Assembly (NCBI GenBank): GCA_028534125.1
Contig: CM052817.1
Coordinates: 78,556,001 to 78,620,000 of the forward strand
Direction: 5' to 3'
Origin: Lama glama
Taxonomy: Eukaryota
DNA: 64,000 bases
In this document: one piece after another, positions 41,291-53,489 of the stretch
Layout of the letters: the number at the start of each line of letters is the position of its first letter
Position numbering within the stretch: position 1 is the first letter of the stretch
Notes under the pieces: model-generated
The model's input: the letters and a program-made list of their open reading frames with translations, nothing else
Told to the model about the DNA's origin: nothing
Databases searched by the model: none
Made by a program: the position numbers and the translations under genes

Positions 41291-42777
41291 ACCCAGAAAA
41301 ATCCTCTTTGACAAGATGACATTTTTTATAAAGCTCTGAATACTCAAATTAATTTTTTTCATTGAGTGTTTGTGATTATGGTCATGAGTTACAAAGTTTT
41401 TACTAACTTTAAAATTTTTTCTGTTGACTAGAAATACAGACACACAAAAATGAAGGGTGCACATTGGTGCGAGTTAAAAAACAGAATTCTTGGCTGTTCT
41501 AATTTCTACAGGCTTTATATCCTTGTGCCTGCATTTAGAGACATAAATTAGGGAACAGAAGAAAATATCAAAACTTGGAGAGATTTCAAATATAATCTCA
41601 GTGTTAGCTCTTTGAATTCATTTGCCAAAGATTTCCAGCAAAGAATAAACAGGAAAAATCATTTGCTCTGAATCTGTATCTCTGAACATTGTTTCTCTCT
41701 CTTAAAGAACAGAGAGGTGCATTGTTTATGAAGTCAATTTCCAATTTCCCACTTTTCCCTGGATAATAACTTTCCCCACAAATAGATCAAATGTAGCACC
41801 ACATTTGGAAAGCACCTTATCAACTATACAGGCAACTACACAACTATCAACTTTGGAGATCTTTAAAGGACAACTCTGAACACAAGTTAACTACAATATG
41901 GTGCACGTTTCAAAATACAAGCACTGAGCACGTGTTGGAGGCCAATCACCTACTCCTGTTTTAGAAGACAATTTCTGTTACTTTGATCAAGAAATATCTA
42001 GCTTGAGAGATGAATATCTTGACTCAACCATGCACTACAAGTGGCTCTTGGAAAAATCAACAGCAAAGGACTTAATGTTTTTCCCTGAACAAGTCAGCAA
42101 TCCCTTCCCCCCAGAAAATTAAGACATTAGTCCATAAAACAGCACACACACGCACACATGCACACACACGTGCACTCTCATGTCATCCTTTGCAGTAATT
42201 CACAGACAGCGTTTTGAATATCTAAGTTGGAGCAAAGGAATTAAATCAGCAGCATTTTCCTAACAGACCTACTCCCCAGACTCCCCCTTGAGAGATAAGT
42301 TTTAGGCTTAGTCTCAGGACGGCCACCATCACAGCCTTAGGTTTGGCATTTAGCGTGCTTCCACATAGTCTGCATCACACTCAGCGGCTCCATAGTGGTG
42401 AATTTAAAGAGCACCCTGTTTCCTCAGGAAATGTTTGCGGTTGACTAAGAGATACACTACTGTTTGCAAACACCCACTTGCTTTATGTGGTTCTTTGAAC
42501 TAAAAAAAAAGTGTTCTTACTCTCTTCTAAAATTTCTCCACGTCTCTCTTTTTTCATGACAATTCTCTGTAGGGACATGAATTTCCAAAAAACTCCTTAG
42601 CCATGTATGGCTGAACAAAGCAGATAGGAGTGATTTAGAAAATTACAAAGACCTCTTGTGCAAGCCTCCAAAACTCTGAGGCACACTGCAGTGTAGATTT
42701 TGCTGAGTCTCAATCAAGAATATGCTTTTGGTACAAAGACTTCCCATCTGATCTCCCAGCTTGACCTGGCCTGATAC

Positions 42778-42906
42778 CTTATTGAGGCGTTTTATTTCGC
42801 ATTCGAAATGTTGCTTCTTCTGGTTTGCGAGAGCATTTTTTTCCTTCAAAAGCTTATTCTCTTTCTTCAGTTCATGTAATTCTTTGTTTAGGCTCTCCTT
42901 TTCCTT
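42778..42906 (-). CDS. TNIP3: TNIP3 coding exon (129 nt), KEKESLNKELHELKKENKLLKEKNALANQKKQHFECEIKRLNK (coiled coil)
   Basis: Lies within ORF 42643..42942; acceptor ctctacttcag|, donor AAG|gtatca. Confidence 0.95.
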
Positions 42907-44319
42907 CTGAAGTAGAGAGCAAGAAAACAAAATCAAAATCAATAAAATTCAGATGTAGGAATACTCCTGAAATATAATAAAAACAGGACCTGCTAGATTT
43001 TCACTTAGCAATCCATCTGAGCAATATTCTCTGGGTGGAGGTCAGGATTAGGACAGAAGAAATCTTTGTGTTATCCTTCGTGCTACTAAGTTCTGTGATC
43101 CCAGAAAAAGACATCAAAATCCCTACTCCGCATTTTTAAGGGTCAGATGGGTCTGCACAATAAGCTACTTGCCAAGCACTGCTACAAGGTGATGGATAGG
43201 TGACTCAGTAAAAATAATTGAACGCTCTAAAAAGCAAAAAGTGTCACTGCAACAAAAAATACCAAATATCTCAAAGCCCAATCCTGCAGCCTTCTGGACT
43301 GGAGAGAGCGAGAGGAGGATAAAACCTCAGGCAAATAAGACCCTTTACCACATAATTATTCAGAGCACAGTATTGTTGTGATTATGACTTTTAAAAGGTA
43401 GAGATGAGCTACTCCAACTGCCTATCACCCCTCCACGTTTCAGGTCACCTTCAAGGAATCCAGTGTTCTAAATAACCAAAGCGAGGTCGGTGGCTTAGAC
43501 ACTAGCAGGCCCTGGATTCAGACAACATCTCTTTCCTATCTCTTAATTTTATATTCTAGACAGTAGACTTTTTGTGGAGGGAATTGGATTCTTAATAAGA
43601 CCGCAATTTTAACCTAGTAAAATAAATATTCCGGGATTTAGGTAAATCACTATGAGAAACTGTCTTCTATATGTTAAAATACGTTATTTTAATAACTAAA
43701 ATTTCCCAATACAATGATTAGATTTAAGAAATCTACTTTAAGTGAATCATTTACCTTAAAAGTGAAAAGATTTCTATTTCCTTTTGTTTAAATACAATAG
43801 GCCTCTATGTACACGAAGAAAATTTACCAATCTTCTCCTAATTTAGCATAATTTAAGAGAAAATTATTTCAACTAGAAAATACTCTCAACTGCATCGGGG
43901 AAAAAAAATCACCATGATTCCTGTGCTGGGTGTAAATGGAACAGAACAGAAAGGGCCTCTACGTGGCAGAAAGGGAGTTGCAAAAATCTTGTTTTCCTAG
44001 GACTCACTATGGCAAGGAAATCCTTAGCAAGGTAGGAAACCTGGACTGATGTCGCCTGCACTGATTTGTGATATTGCCTTAAAACTTGTATACTTTTTAA
44101 AATACAGCCGATGCAACACAATAGCAGTGATAAGACTTCACCTGAGAAAATGTACCCTTCTAGTTTTTTCCTAAGACACCTGGAAAAAATGAGAGGCCAT
44201 TAGAATTCAAGGGCCTCCTCCCAGTTTCTATGATATCCATGAAGTCCCATAACTAACAGTAAAACCGGGACTCTAAGAGAAGCCGTCCTCCCAGTGGCCA
44301 CCTGCCAGTTCCCAGCAGG

Positions 44320-44490
44320 ATTAGTGGGGCCTCGGGATCTGGAGACTGGGTTCACGTCCCACTTGCCCAATGCTACGTTATCGACGTTGACAAATCATCT
44401 ACACTCTACATCTCATCTCTGAAATGGCGAAAATGAGATTTCCCCCACAGGTGGGCTGAGAACGTTAAATGAGAGGATGGGGTTGAGGTA
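44320..44490 (+). mobile_element. MIR SINE
   Basis: gactgggttcacgtccc...tctcatctctgaaatgg...gttaaatgag. Confidence 0.55.
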
Positions 44491-44679
44491 GTTTTAAAAT
44501 TTATTTTTTTAAGATGACAGAAGTCGTACTTATGTATAAAACTTTGGTAAGCTGAGAAGCATCTGTACAAATACAAGGTACTGTCATATAAACAACACTG
44601 GTAATAAAAATATAAGTAAAAGCAAAAAACCGAAATTAATTTTCTCCTGGGCTAAAATGCCCTAGAAAGAGATCCTCAA

Positions 44680-45310
44680 ATCCGAGGATCGGTCCTCCAA
44701 GCGGGTAGAGCCGGGCAAACTAAGGCCAGCCTACTTGTGCAACCAAGGAGGAAGTGAGCGCGGCCCCTCCTTCCTTTTGATTCTAGAGAAGTGGCCCTTA
44801 TCTGGGGCTCTGGGGACTTGCGTAACCCGAACACCCTCGCACACTCTGCTCTGCAAGGGCTGACTGTAATGAAACGGTCGCTTTTCAACCGCCGGGGGAC
44901 CAGAGCCCGCCTCGCTCCCGGGGGCGGGGCGGTCGCTCCCCGAGCCCCGCCCACCTCCTCGCGCCGCAGCCTCTCCCGGGTCCGGCGGTGTTGCCTGTCA
45001 ATCTCCCTCTGACTCTGCAGCCGCTCCTCCTCCAGCGTGCCCAGGAACCTCTCGGACGCGTCCAGTTTCGTTTTCAGCTCTGCAACCTACGGAAGTGGGT
45101 CACAGACAGCTGCAGCTAAACCCCACATACCTCTGGGTTTACTCCCTCCCAGCCTAAGCGCCCGAGACAGAATTGCCCCACTCCCGGGCGTCCCCTAGGG
45201 AGAGGCTCTACTTCACGCCCCTAACCCAGATCAGGACGTTTGCATTTAAAAAGAAACAAACTTATGGTTACCGGGGCGGGACGGGGGAGGGGCAGAAAGG
45301 GCGGGAGGGA
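44680..45310. promoter_or_regulatory. Intragenic CpG-rich patch around the 132-nt exon
   Basis: Many CpGs and GC-box motifs (ggggcggggc near 44920; ccccgccc near 44945). Confidence 0.55.
44955..45086 (-). CDS. TNIP3: TNIP3 coding exon (132 nt), VAELKTKLDASERFLGTLEEERLQSQREIDRQHRRTRERLRREE
   Basis: Acceptor cccacttccgtag|, donor GAG|gtgggc; matches human VAELKTKLDAAERFLST...RLQREE. Confidence 0.93.
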
Positions 45311-45510
45311 TAAATTAGGAGTTTGTGATTTGCAGATACTACTATATATAAAATAGGTAAACAAGTTACTACTGTTTAGCATAGGGAACTATACTCAATA
45401 TCTTATAATAACCTATAATAAGGAATATGAAAAAATATATATGTATAACTGAATGTGCTGTACACCAGAAACTAAGGCAACATTGTAGATCAACTATACT
45501 TCAATTAAAG
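45250..45510 (+). mobile_element. L1 3' end (artiodactyl-type)
   Basis: acaaacttatggttacc, G-rich tract, gggataaattaggagtttg...agcatagggaactatactcaatatc...caactatacttcaattaaa. Confidence 0.85.
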
Positions 45511-46737
45511 AAAGAAAGCGAAAGAAAGACAAAGAAAGATAGAAGCTTCTGATACAGGAAAGCCAAAACAGCCGCCAGGGTTTCCCTTTCTCCAAACCAC
45601 ACTACTTTCCAGGGACTACAGGTAGACAGGGAGCCTTCTAGGCTTGTCATTCTACTCTCAACTCTCCAGTTAATGCCTTGCCTGAGCTGCCAACGGCAGC
45701 GAGGGATAGGGGTAAGTGAGTATGACTACATCACAGAAAAGAGACATGGCCTTCAACCCATCGGTAACCTGCAGCGCTTAATCTGCTACTCAAAACCAGA
45801 TTAGTAGTCCGAGTAACAACCGTCCAGTTTGAGAAGACGGGCACTTGACCAAAGATGGGAATTGTTCTCCTTGTTAACCCCAGGTCTTCATGCACCTGCA
45901 AGTCAGTCAGGAAAGTATCTTAAACATTTTCTTTCTGGGATCCTGTTCTTTAAAATTTGGAGACCCACTCCAGAGTTGATATTACAAGGTGGCTTGACTA
46001 TGGCATTGTGGAGGGGGACATTATCCTGCTTTTTCTAAATTTGATACGTCTGAGTATCAAAATGGGGAAGAAAAGAGCAATACTGCTGTATTACTCACTT
46101 ATGGTTAAGTTTCTTAGTTCTGAATTATTTAGGGGTGTTTACTTTCTCTTTCCTCTCTTTTTGAATGTGGGATGATTTTAAATTATAAATTGACTTTTAC
46201 CCATTAAAAGATATTTTCTCCCAGAAGTTTCTTGACAGAGGACATACTCTAGAGAGGAGGGGATGCCCCACTTCCCCTCACACATTCACTGCTCACACTG
46301 TTTCTCCATCTGTGGAAAATAGCTTATCCCCCAAAGAATTAGAGAGCTAGCCTTGCATAGAACAGTCTGAACTTTAAGCCATCTCTGCCCTTACATATAA
46401 CCTTGTGTTTTTATGGCTGCTAGTAACAAAGTAGAGGCCAGGATGCTCTGTGAGCTGTGATGAATGTTCGTGCCAACTCTAGAGACATCGCTAGAGGCTA
46501 TTTTAAGCACTTTCTTTTGCCACACTCAAGAAAATTCACTGACACCTCCTTTGTTCATTAATCCTCAGTACCAAGGGGCCAGTAACACACTCAGCACCTC
46601 CACCACCCCCTTATCATTTTTCAACAGACCGCTGGCTATCCCCAAATCTCCTCTAGCTGAAATCAATGAGAATCTTCACACCCTTGGCTCCCCCAGATGA
46701 CTGAGTTAAAGCAAATACCAGGCAGAGACGTGTTTAC

Positions 46738-46803
46738 CTTTCTTTCATATAACTCTTTCATGTTTCTAAACTGCTGATTCCATTGCTGGTTAACTTCCAG
46801 GAG
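46738..46803 (-). CDS. TNIP3: TNIP3 coding exon (66 nt), LLEVNQQWNQQFRNMKELYERK
   Basis: Acceptor taatttcag|, donor AAG|gtaaac; conserved ABIN-family LLEVNxQW motif. Confidence 0.95.
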
Positions 46804-48485
46804 CTGAAATTATTAAAATTTAGTAAATCAACAAAGGATTTCTGCCCATTTGGAAACTTAGCCAAAATGAAATCACTTTTTTGAGGTTACTGAAGTTTAT
46901 TAGAAACCATGGGTGAAGACAATTCCACCAAGTTCCGGTAGATCTGAGATGACTTTCTTGAACACACTTTCACCCTTTCATAATTGGTTCACATACGAAA
47001 AACTGTTAGGTCTTAGGTATGATTAGTCAGCTGAACAGTTTATTGGCAACTTTTAACTTTGCTTAGTTATTTGAATTTTCATCTTCTTTCTTTAATCCAA
47101 CCAGATTCTGATAAAAAATATATTAATGGTATTCTGTGAGATTTATTAATATATGAAGGGCCTTTTTTCAAATCTTTTCATATTTTTCTCTGTTCTTACA
47201 TTGATTATTATAATGAAATATTTCTTCTAGCTTTTTAACAGCAGAATTTCTACTAAAAAATTCTGAGCCCTGTTAACTGATAATCATTTGCTTACAATAC
47301 TATGTTTTTTTTTTTTAAATCAGCACGTGATTTGTAATATACACTCAGTGAATGAATAATATCACCTCTTTGAAGGTACAGACTTTCAAGGAATAATAGT
47401 TTTGTCATAAGGCAATATTTAGAAATAATTAAGCAGAAAACAATTTGAAAGTTTTAAAACAATGTGCTAAATAGATAAAAGAAAAAACACTATGACTTGT
47501 TTTTAGTTTTCCTGTAAGGGAAGTCTACAACTTCTCATATTAAGAGAAATTCCAACACCTATCAATATGGGACAGACATCAAGGGGATAGTCAAAGGACT
47601 AAAAGGTAGTAAGATTTTCTCTTAATTACAAAACAAAATATCTAATCCAGACTAGCAGTTACTAAGTAACTCTTATGCTGGAACTAGAGATGACTATTTA
47701 GTATAAGACTATATAATATTATTATATAAAGATACCTGATCTGTTGTCATTTTAGGGACTAGCATTTCTATGCTATAGTAATTTTACTCTGCTAGAGCTC
47801 AGTAATTTTCCAGAAGGGCACAATATTTTATACAGTACAAAGAGGGGCAAAAGGCACTATAGTAGAAAACATGAAGGCTGTAATACAGAAAGTGACTTAG
47901 AAAAGGAATTACAGAATTGACAACATAGTGCTAAAACTGCTGACTTTTCACTTCTTTCTCTATCAAGGAGAATAAGGAGGTTCTAATATTTGTTATAACT
48001 CAGAAAACAAAAAAGAACTCAAAATAATATACATCACATTCCCAAAGGCATTTTAGAATAAAAAATTCTTTTTAATGATAATGACACCAACTCATGAAGT
48101 CATAGCACCTAAGTCAACTGTACAACAAAGCCTTTGACAGTTTGAGTTTCAGGGTATGTCAAGTTGCAGGGCATAAAGGTGACAGGTGATAAGCTCACCT
48201 GGCCCACACGGAGGAAACATCTCAGCTTTGGAAAAAGTTAAGATTCTAATTATTGGACTTATGACTTCGCTATTTTTTATTCATTTTCTTAACACCGAGA
48301 GGCCAAGTAAGAAATATGTAGGTGAATTAGAAAGATGCATTTGCTCTCAAAGCAATGCAGTCCAGGGTCCTAGAGATAAACACTGTGACCCTGTAACAAA
48401 AATTAAAGGCACTAGGTGATACACTGTCTGTTTTATTCTCAGCATCAATCCATGCGTGTTGCTTCAACTAGTATTTCAGAATTAC

Positions 48486-48566
48486 CTCTTTCCTCTGTTG
48501 TTCCAGGTACTTTATCTTTTGTTCAAGAGGATTTGGTAAGTTCTTTCTTCTTGATGATTGAGCACA
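48486..48566 (-). CDS. TNIP3: TNIP3 coding exon (81 nt), CAQSSRRKNLPNPLEQKIKYLEQQRKE
   Basis: Acceptor tttttttttaaag|, donor GAG|gtaatt; phase 0-0; similar to human CAEPSTRKNLMNSLEQKIRCLEKQRKE. Confidence 0.93.
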
Positions 48567-50147
48567 CTTTAAAAAAAAAGTGAAACAGAACAGTCTTTTA
48601 AGAAAACAGGAGAAATGCTTCTTTCACAGACTCTCATGTTGTGATTTTTTAAAAAGATTTTAGCGGTGACAATCCCCACACCGTAGCCTTTCATAGAGAC
48701 CTGCTGATGAATAAGCTTTATATTTTGGACTCCTTTATATGAGTCGACTACCAAAATAATGCTCTTATGAATTGTAAATGTGCCTATTAAGAGGCAAGCA
48801 AGAAATTAGGATTTTATGAATTTGGATTTCAATCCTTTTCAAAAAAACCCCCAGCATATCATGTGTATAGAAATCAGGTAAGTTTCATGGATACATGTTA
48901 GGCATTTATCTAGTAAACGTTTCTGAAAAATTATTTTTGTAGCTGTGTCCATGATCTGAAGAGTGGCCCGGGCAAAAGTCAGAGGAGTGACAGAACCATC
49001 AAGAAAAAAAGACCAACACATGACAGTTAAGTGGCAGCAAACTGATTCTGAAAACTACAATAAATTAACTACCCTCAATGACCATCATACGATTATGTTA
49101 TGGAGGTGGGCATAGATTACCTGGCATGGTGTAATTTTAAGCAGTCTTTTGAATAAACCCAATAGGTTACAAATTTAGATTAACAATAAATCATTGGCAC
49201 GGTGAAAAAGTTAACCACCTTTCTTTTCAGGGTTTTTTCTTTTCAATGTATTTAAAGAAAGCACAAAAGCTCTGGAAACTGCCTGCCGTCTGTCTAAATC
49301 GACCACCAGCAAAGTTCCCTTAAGTACTATTTTCTCTGTTCCAACTCAATAGTCTTATAACCACCTCATGGCTGAGTCATATAAGTAATACAGTAAATTA
49401 GGTGAAGAGGGTAGTCCCCAAATCTGCTATTCAGTTTCAGACTCAATAGTTATTGTGGACCATGAAATTGCTTAACGGTATTAACAAGCAATTAAGAAAT
49501 ATTTTCAGAACATGTTGGCCTTTGTCAGAAACATTACAGGAAATGCTCTTTTGCAATCATCATGGGATTTCAAGGGCTTTTTGCATTAGAAGTGACTTAT
49601 AAAACTATTTTTCTATCTGTACTTACTTTTGTCTCACTCAGCGTTCTAGGTCTTGATGGTATCTTACGTCTCTATAAACGCAGTTCTTAGTTTTCTTAGC
49701 TACTTCCTATTCAGACCCATTTATAATTAAGACTGCATTTTAAAAAAGACATTTTTTTTCTGTGGGTCAACAAAATCAGAATGATTAAACCTCCTTTGAC
49801 CTCCAGCTGGTTTGGCTGAGTGCCAGAAGTAACATCAATTTCTAGGTGGCAAGTATGTTCGGTCCTGCAATTGAGGTTGCTCCTTTTCAGGACTTCCAGG
49901 GGTCTGGACTTATTCTGGATCAGAACAGACTAAATATTAGGCAGCTTTGATTTGGAAAATGCTGTGAGCCAAACCTGCTGAGAGTGTCCTGTGCTCAGCA
50001 AAGCAGAGGTGCGGTGAGCCTGGACTCTACGCCAGGGGTTCTCACCACAAGAGTGCATCAAAGTCTCCCTGGGAGCTTGTTAGACATAGAACACTCTGAA
50101 CACTGAATCAGAATGTCTGAAAGGGAGCCGTAGCACTCTACCTTCTT

Positions 50148-50460
50148 GTTTACAATTTTAGGTCACAGCAAAACAGTGGAAAGTATAGAGATTTTCCATA
50201 TACCTGCTGCCCCTTTATGTGGCAGCCTTCCCCATTATTGGCATCCCCTGTCAGGCTGGTGTATCTGTTAATAGATGAACCTATATTGACACATCATTAT
50301 TAACCAAATCCATTGTTTATATTGGGGTTCCCTCTTGGTGTTGTGTATTCTATGGGTTTAGACAAATGTGTAAAGTTTTACGTGTAACCATCATTATAGT
50401 ATCATACAGAATGATCTCACTGCCTTAAAAATCCTCTATGCTCCACCTATTTATCTGACC
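50148..50460 (-). mobile_element. Old L1 3' end (L1MC-like), next to a MER5-like remnant at about 50030-50130
   Basis: ggtcacagcaaaacagtggaaagtatagag...ttgacacatcattat...cactgccttaaaaatcctct. Confidence 0.75.
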
Positions 50461-51225
50461 TCTATTTTTAATAAATTTCGCAGACCATCATATTCATACT
50501 AAAGTTCAAGGTTGTTGCATTCCACACTGTGCTTCGGAATATGGATTTTAGGTCCTCAAAAAAGTCTTTTCTCTATCTATGATATACACACACGAAAAAT
50601 CTGTGACCAGCAAACATTTGTATGGCCTTGCCTTCTGGGAATTTAGATTAAGAGTAATCAGAGAGTGTGCATTTTTTCCCATATACAATTTTCTCTGAAA
50701 AAATTATGAAATATTTTGACTCTTGATTTTTTTATAAATAAGTTATATATAAATAATTCTTTATAAAAATCATTTGCAAGATCATCACAACAATAATTAT
50801 GGCTTATAAGTCATAAATGTAGGGATTTCTCGGAGATCAATCAACATTTTACCATGGTTCATATGTCTTAGATATGTATTAAAATGAAAAAAAATCAATT
50901 AAATACAAAGTTTGGGGGAAACTTTTCATTTGCATTTGCTTTGCTTTCCAGTTGTTAATAAAGCTATTTGCAATAAATAGGAAGATTTTTAGTCTTTGGT
51001 CCTTCTAAGGGCCCATTTAAAGAACAGTTATTCCCTATAAAAATGTAATCTGTGTTCAAAGTGGCTGGGCATTATTTCCTCATTTATCCTAATACCAGAC
51101 CAACCTCTAAGATACTCAAGTTCTGACATTGCTAAATTAAACACCTAAATGAACAAGAGTCTCACTGAGTTTCCTGCTATATCTTAGTTATCTCTCAAAA
51201 AAAAAAAACTTTAAGAAAACATTTT

Positions 51226-51259
51226 TATTCATTCATTCATTCATTCATTCATTTATTCA
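51226..51259. repeat. (TTCA)n tetranucleotide repeat, possibly an L2 tail
   Basis: Read directly. Confidence 0.85.
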
Positions 51260-51712
51260 ATTAGTATCTGTTGCAGTAACCAGTTAACAAAACAAAGATT
51301 ACATAATTAATTGCATATATAAATAAATATTTTACCATAGACACTCTATTGCTATAATAGATTTTATTTCTGACCGCATCAATATAATATTCTTTTTAAA
51401 TTTTACATTGAACCAAATTCCTCTAACTCAAGAACAAAATATGAAACACACAGAATTGAAAAGCTGAGAGGATGGAATTTAATTTCTCATTTTGTAAAGG
51501 AAGAAACGCAGCTCACAGGTGTTAAAAAAATGTAACCATCACCTAGATTTTTTTGTTGTTGTTGAATAACATTGTTAAAAAATACAGAGCAGGTCTTAGC
51601 TAAAGAAAGCAAACTAGCCATTTCTACTCTTATTAATCATTGCATAATTAGCCAGTAGCAATGCTGTTGATGCTAAATACAGTCAGTTCACCCCCTAGAA
51701 ATGTGTTCTTAC

Positions 51713-51799
51713 CTCTGCAAGCTCCGTACAACTTTCTGCACCACTCATTCTAGTTGTGCTCTGGACGCAAGTTGCCACGGAAGCTTTTTTTCCTGGAGT
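51713..51799 (-). CDS. TNIP3: TNIP3 coding exon (87 nt), TPGKKASVATCVQSTTRMSGAESCTELAE; orthologous to the human start exon MAHFVQGTSRMIAAESSTEHKE
   Basis: Acceptor ttttcttcctactttccaag| and donor GAG|gtaaga. GTG at 51778-51776 aligns with the human ATG; there is an in-frame ATG at 51748-51746. Confidence 0.85.
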
Positions 51800-52030
51800 C
51801 TTGGAAAGTAGGAAGAAAAAAAGGAAAGAAAATGTCTCTTACGGTATCTTTTAAAGTGAGAGCAAATACATCAAATTTAAAAAAGATCACACAAACAGTT
51901 AACTCATGATAGAAAATAACAGGAACAGTTTTTCAATATTTCACTGAAAATGAATAGAAGTGACTCTGTCCACAAATTCCACAGAATAAGCACAGCAATG
52001 GTGATTTTAACTTTTCTTCTCTTCCAGATA

Positions 52031-52040
52031 GGGATTTCCC
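52031..52040. promoter_or_regulatory. NF-kB binding site GGGATTTCCC in the putative proximal TNIP3 promoter
   Basis: Exact GGGRNWYYCC match about 230 bp upstream of the start-codon exon; TNIP3 is known to be induced by LPS/TNF through NF-kB. Confidence 0.7.
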
Positions 52041-53452
52041 AGGATGTCTCAAGTAGGCGTGCTGTGATTAACACACAAGGCGGATTAGCCTTGCTATGGT
52101 ATGTAAATTGTCATTCTTCCTTTACTGGCAGTTCCTCCCGCTGGAGGAGGAAGTTACCAAGAACGCCTGGGCAAACCAAGCCTTTCCTCAGTAGCCTAAC
52201 TGCCATAATTTCACTGTATTTCCCAGTGCAATTAAGTAACTATCGACCTTTTGACAGCTTGGTTGCTTGCTTCCCTAAAGGCAGGATCTTCTGACAGTGT
52301 CCTGTACATGTGAGCTTCGCGGTGTGACATTTAATGAATCATAGATAATTCTATAAGTGCCACTAATTCTTATGGAACTGAAAGAGAAGATAATTCATTA
52401 TAAAGATATCAGGCATTGTTCATAAAGCTAATCTTCTATATTAGCAGGAAGATTAAGCTTGGTTCTCAAGATTCAAGTCTCCAGACTGTCTTTTTCATAA
52501 GTTATCCAGGTATTCTCTATGACTCCACAATAAAAAAATTTTTGGGGGGGCACTAACATTTAGCTTTAATAAGCTGACTTGTCATTTTACAGGGCACTAA
52601 GGTAACGGCACACTTACTAGATAGTGCAGAAAAAAGCAAACGCTTGGAGCTGCACCCATGGCCCAGGATAGAGCAGAAGACCTCATTCTGGACTCGGAGG
52701 AGAGGGAGCGAAAGAAAAGGCAAGGGAAGAATGTGCCGTTGAAAGGAGAAAAGAAAGAATTTACAGGCAATCCCTGAATTTACATCTTTGTTTAGATCTC
52801 CCTAGTTGGTCTAATAATTTTACTGTACTGACACCTACAACTAGAGTATAGGGTCTTAATTAATTAATTAATTAACTTTTAAATTCTTATTTTTTATTGA
52901 AGTGAAGTCGATTTACAATGTTAGCTTCAGGTGTACAGCCAAGCACATATGTATAGGATAAATCCTAAAACTGCTGAAATTCAAATTCTTTAGCAGGAAA
53001 TGAGTGGGTGGCCAAGACCTGACCTTCCTTTGTCTCCTTCAGATCCACCACTCTCCAGTTCCCCCTGTGCTCCAGCCCTGCTGAATTCCCTCTGCTTCCC
53101 GAACTGAGAACTGAGTCATACCCCCACACACGCGCTCTCTCCACCTAGAATGTGTATGTCTCTATGTGTGTGTATGTGTATTTACTTTCTGCTGGCTTCT
53201 TGGTCTGTTTGGGGGGGGGTTCATGTGAGTGAAACAAAACGATCTTTCCTTAAGGCAGTATCCAAAAATACAAGTGGGAATCAAATTTGTTCAGAGTTCT
53301 AAAGGTAAAACTTATGACTCACATATCCGATTTTATGGAATGTAAGCAGGGATCTCCTGGAGATCGACACTTCATCAACACTAAAACCTACTCATATCAG
53401 AAAAGAAAAAAAAAGACAATAACATAAAAATATTTTTCTTGCCCCCTCAACA

Positions 53453-53456
<4 letters not shown>

Positions 53457-53488
<32 letters not shown>
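53457..53488. repeat. (CA)16 microsatellite, read as (UG)n in TNIP3-strand RNA
   Basis: Read directly. Confidence 0.95.

Positions 53489-53489
<1 letters not shown>

Larger units (their letters stand above)
19895..51799 (-). other. TNIP3: TNIP3 (ABIN-3) gene span: 11 coding exons plus 3' UTR; the 5' end may extend further upstream
   Basis: The spliced translation matches recalled human TNIP3 co-linearly (LEQKIxxLExQRKE-LLEVNQQW; ECEIKRLNKALQDAL; VLKQQVQIYEEDFKKERSDRERLNQEKEEL; PDYQWYAxDQxPPDVQHKANG). The 3' boundary is estimated from a polyA signal. Confidence 0.95.
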
